64,000 nt of DNA from an uncultured delta proteobacterium (GTDB lineage Bacteria; Myxococcota_A; Polyangia; Palsa-1104), in contig CAWAWS010000006.1 of NCBI GenBank assembly GCA_963785725.1, forward strand, positions 320,001-384,000. The letters run 5' to 3'. A program made the translations under genes and the position numbers. This document shows, piece by piece, positions 63,382 through 64,000 of this stretch (its first letter is position 1; every line of letters starts with the position of its first letter). Below the pieces are notes generated by a model. It did not search any database. It was not told where the DNA came from and was given only the letters and a program-made list of their open reading frames with translations.

Positions 63382-64000
63382 ATGGCCCGTCAACGAGACC
63401 TGGAGTGCGCGCGCGGGCTTTTCGCGCGGCTGTTGCAAGCTGGTTTCAGCGACGAGGGCGTGCGGCGCTGGTTCGGCGTGCCGCGTGTAACCGATGCGCG
63501 CTGGGCGCCGCCGCCGTCGCCCGCGCTGCGCCCACGCCGCGGCATCGGCGGCTTTATCGCGCTGTGGGTGGCCGGTGAAGCCGTGGACGCGGCGGCGCTG
63601 CGGCCGGCGCCGACCGCCGACGAACGCGCGGCGCTGGTCGCGCTCGAGCTGACCGGCGATGACGGCGCGCGCTTGACGCCGCGCGTGCGCGTCTTGCCGT
63701 GGCGCGGGCTCGTCGTCGCCAGCGCCGCCGACGAAGCGTTCGACCTCTCGGCGCTCAATGTCGCGGCGTCGCTCGACGTCGCCGCGCTGGCCGCGAGCGC
63801 GGGCACGCTGTGGGACGTCGGCTGCGGCGCCGGGCTGTTGGCGCTCGTCGCGCGCCGGGCGGGCGCGCGCGTCTTCGCCAGCGACGTCGACGGCGCGCTC
63901 GTCGCGCAAGCGCGAGACAACGCCGCGCTCAACGGCCTCGCGATCGAAGGCGCGACCGGCGATCTCCTATCGGCCGCTCCGGCTGACGCGCGCTTCGATA
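63382..64000 (+). CDS. Class I SAM-dependent methyltransferase (partial, runs off right edge)
   Basis: Not in ORF track. Manual frame from ATG 63382: MARQRDLEC...LWDVGCGAGLLAL...VFASDVD...NAALNG...GDL. Confidence 0.75.
   Translation, partial: MARQRDLECARGLFARLLQAGFSDEGVRRWFGVPRVTDARWAPPPSPALRPRRGIGGFIALWVAGEAVDAAALRPAPTADERAALVALELTGDDGARLTPRVRVLPWRGLVVASAADEAFDLSALNVAASLDVAALAASAGTLWDVGCGAGLLALVARRAGARVFASDVDGALVAQARDNAALNGLAIEGATGDLLSAAPADARFD

Noticed and set aside
58501..64000. Genomic island or prophage integrated at tRNA-Cys
   Set aside because: No integrase, no duplicated tRNA 3' end seen, and no obvious composition shift.

Overview
A very GC-rich bacterial chromosomal segment. The gene content points to Myxococcota (inference): a GltJ/AgmX-like gliding protein, myxobacterial-type PilZ proteins, FHA-GGDEF, a Ser/Thr kinase-TPR-Cys-rich lipoprotein module and long TPR-HEAT proteins. 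It is mostly core genome: a glycogen locus (GH57, galT, glgA), parAB, lon-dnaK, purH-purD-purE, hisZ-purA, a duplicated Mla/Mce ABC operon, ltaE, an NDP-sugar dehydrogenase with a PHP phosphatase, and tRNA-Cys(GCA). Several conserved genes carry single-base frameshifts that look like assembly indels. I saw no prophage, integrase, CRISPR array or rRNA. The most interesting signals are: (1) a short motif, (E/D)(N/G)SV(L/M)FSLx(E/N)L, shared by the GltJ-like protein and two tandem coiled-coil membrane paralogs about 14 kb away; (2) a MerR-like regulator plus a sigma-region-4-only Cys/His protein, under a dyad-overlapped and apparently leaderless promoter, followed by a highly structured intergenic element of about 280 nt before purH; (3) a 163-bp MITE-like element whose ends supply the stop codons of two convergent genes; (4) an unlisted 30-aa membrane peptide plus YeiH cassette inside the Mla operon; (5) an orphan SctQ/FliN-like gene coupled to pgpA; (6) parAB tightly linked to a PilZ-pseudoreceiver gene. 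All product calls come from motif recognition by eye; no searches were run.
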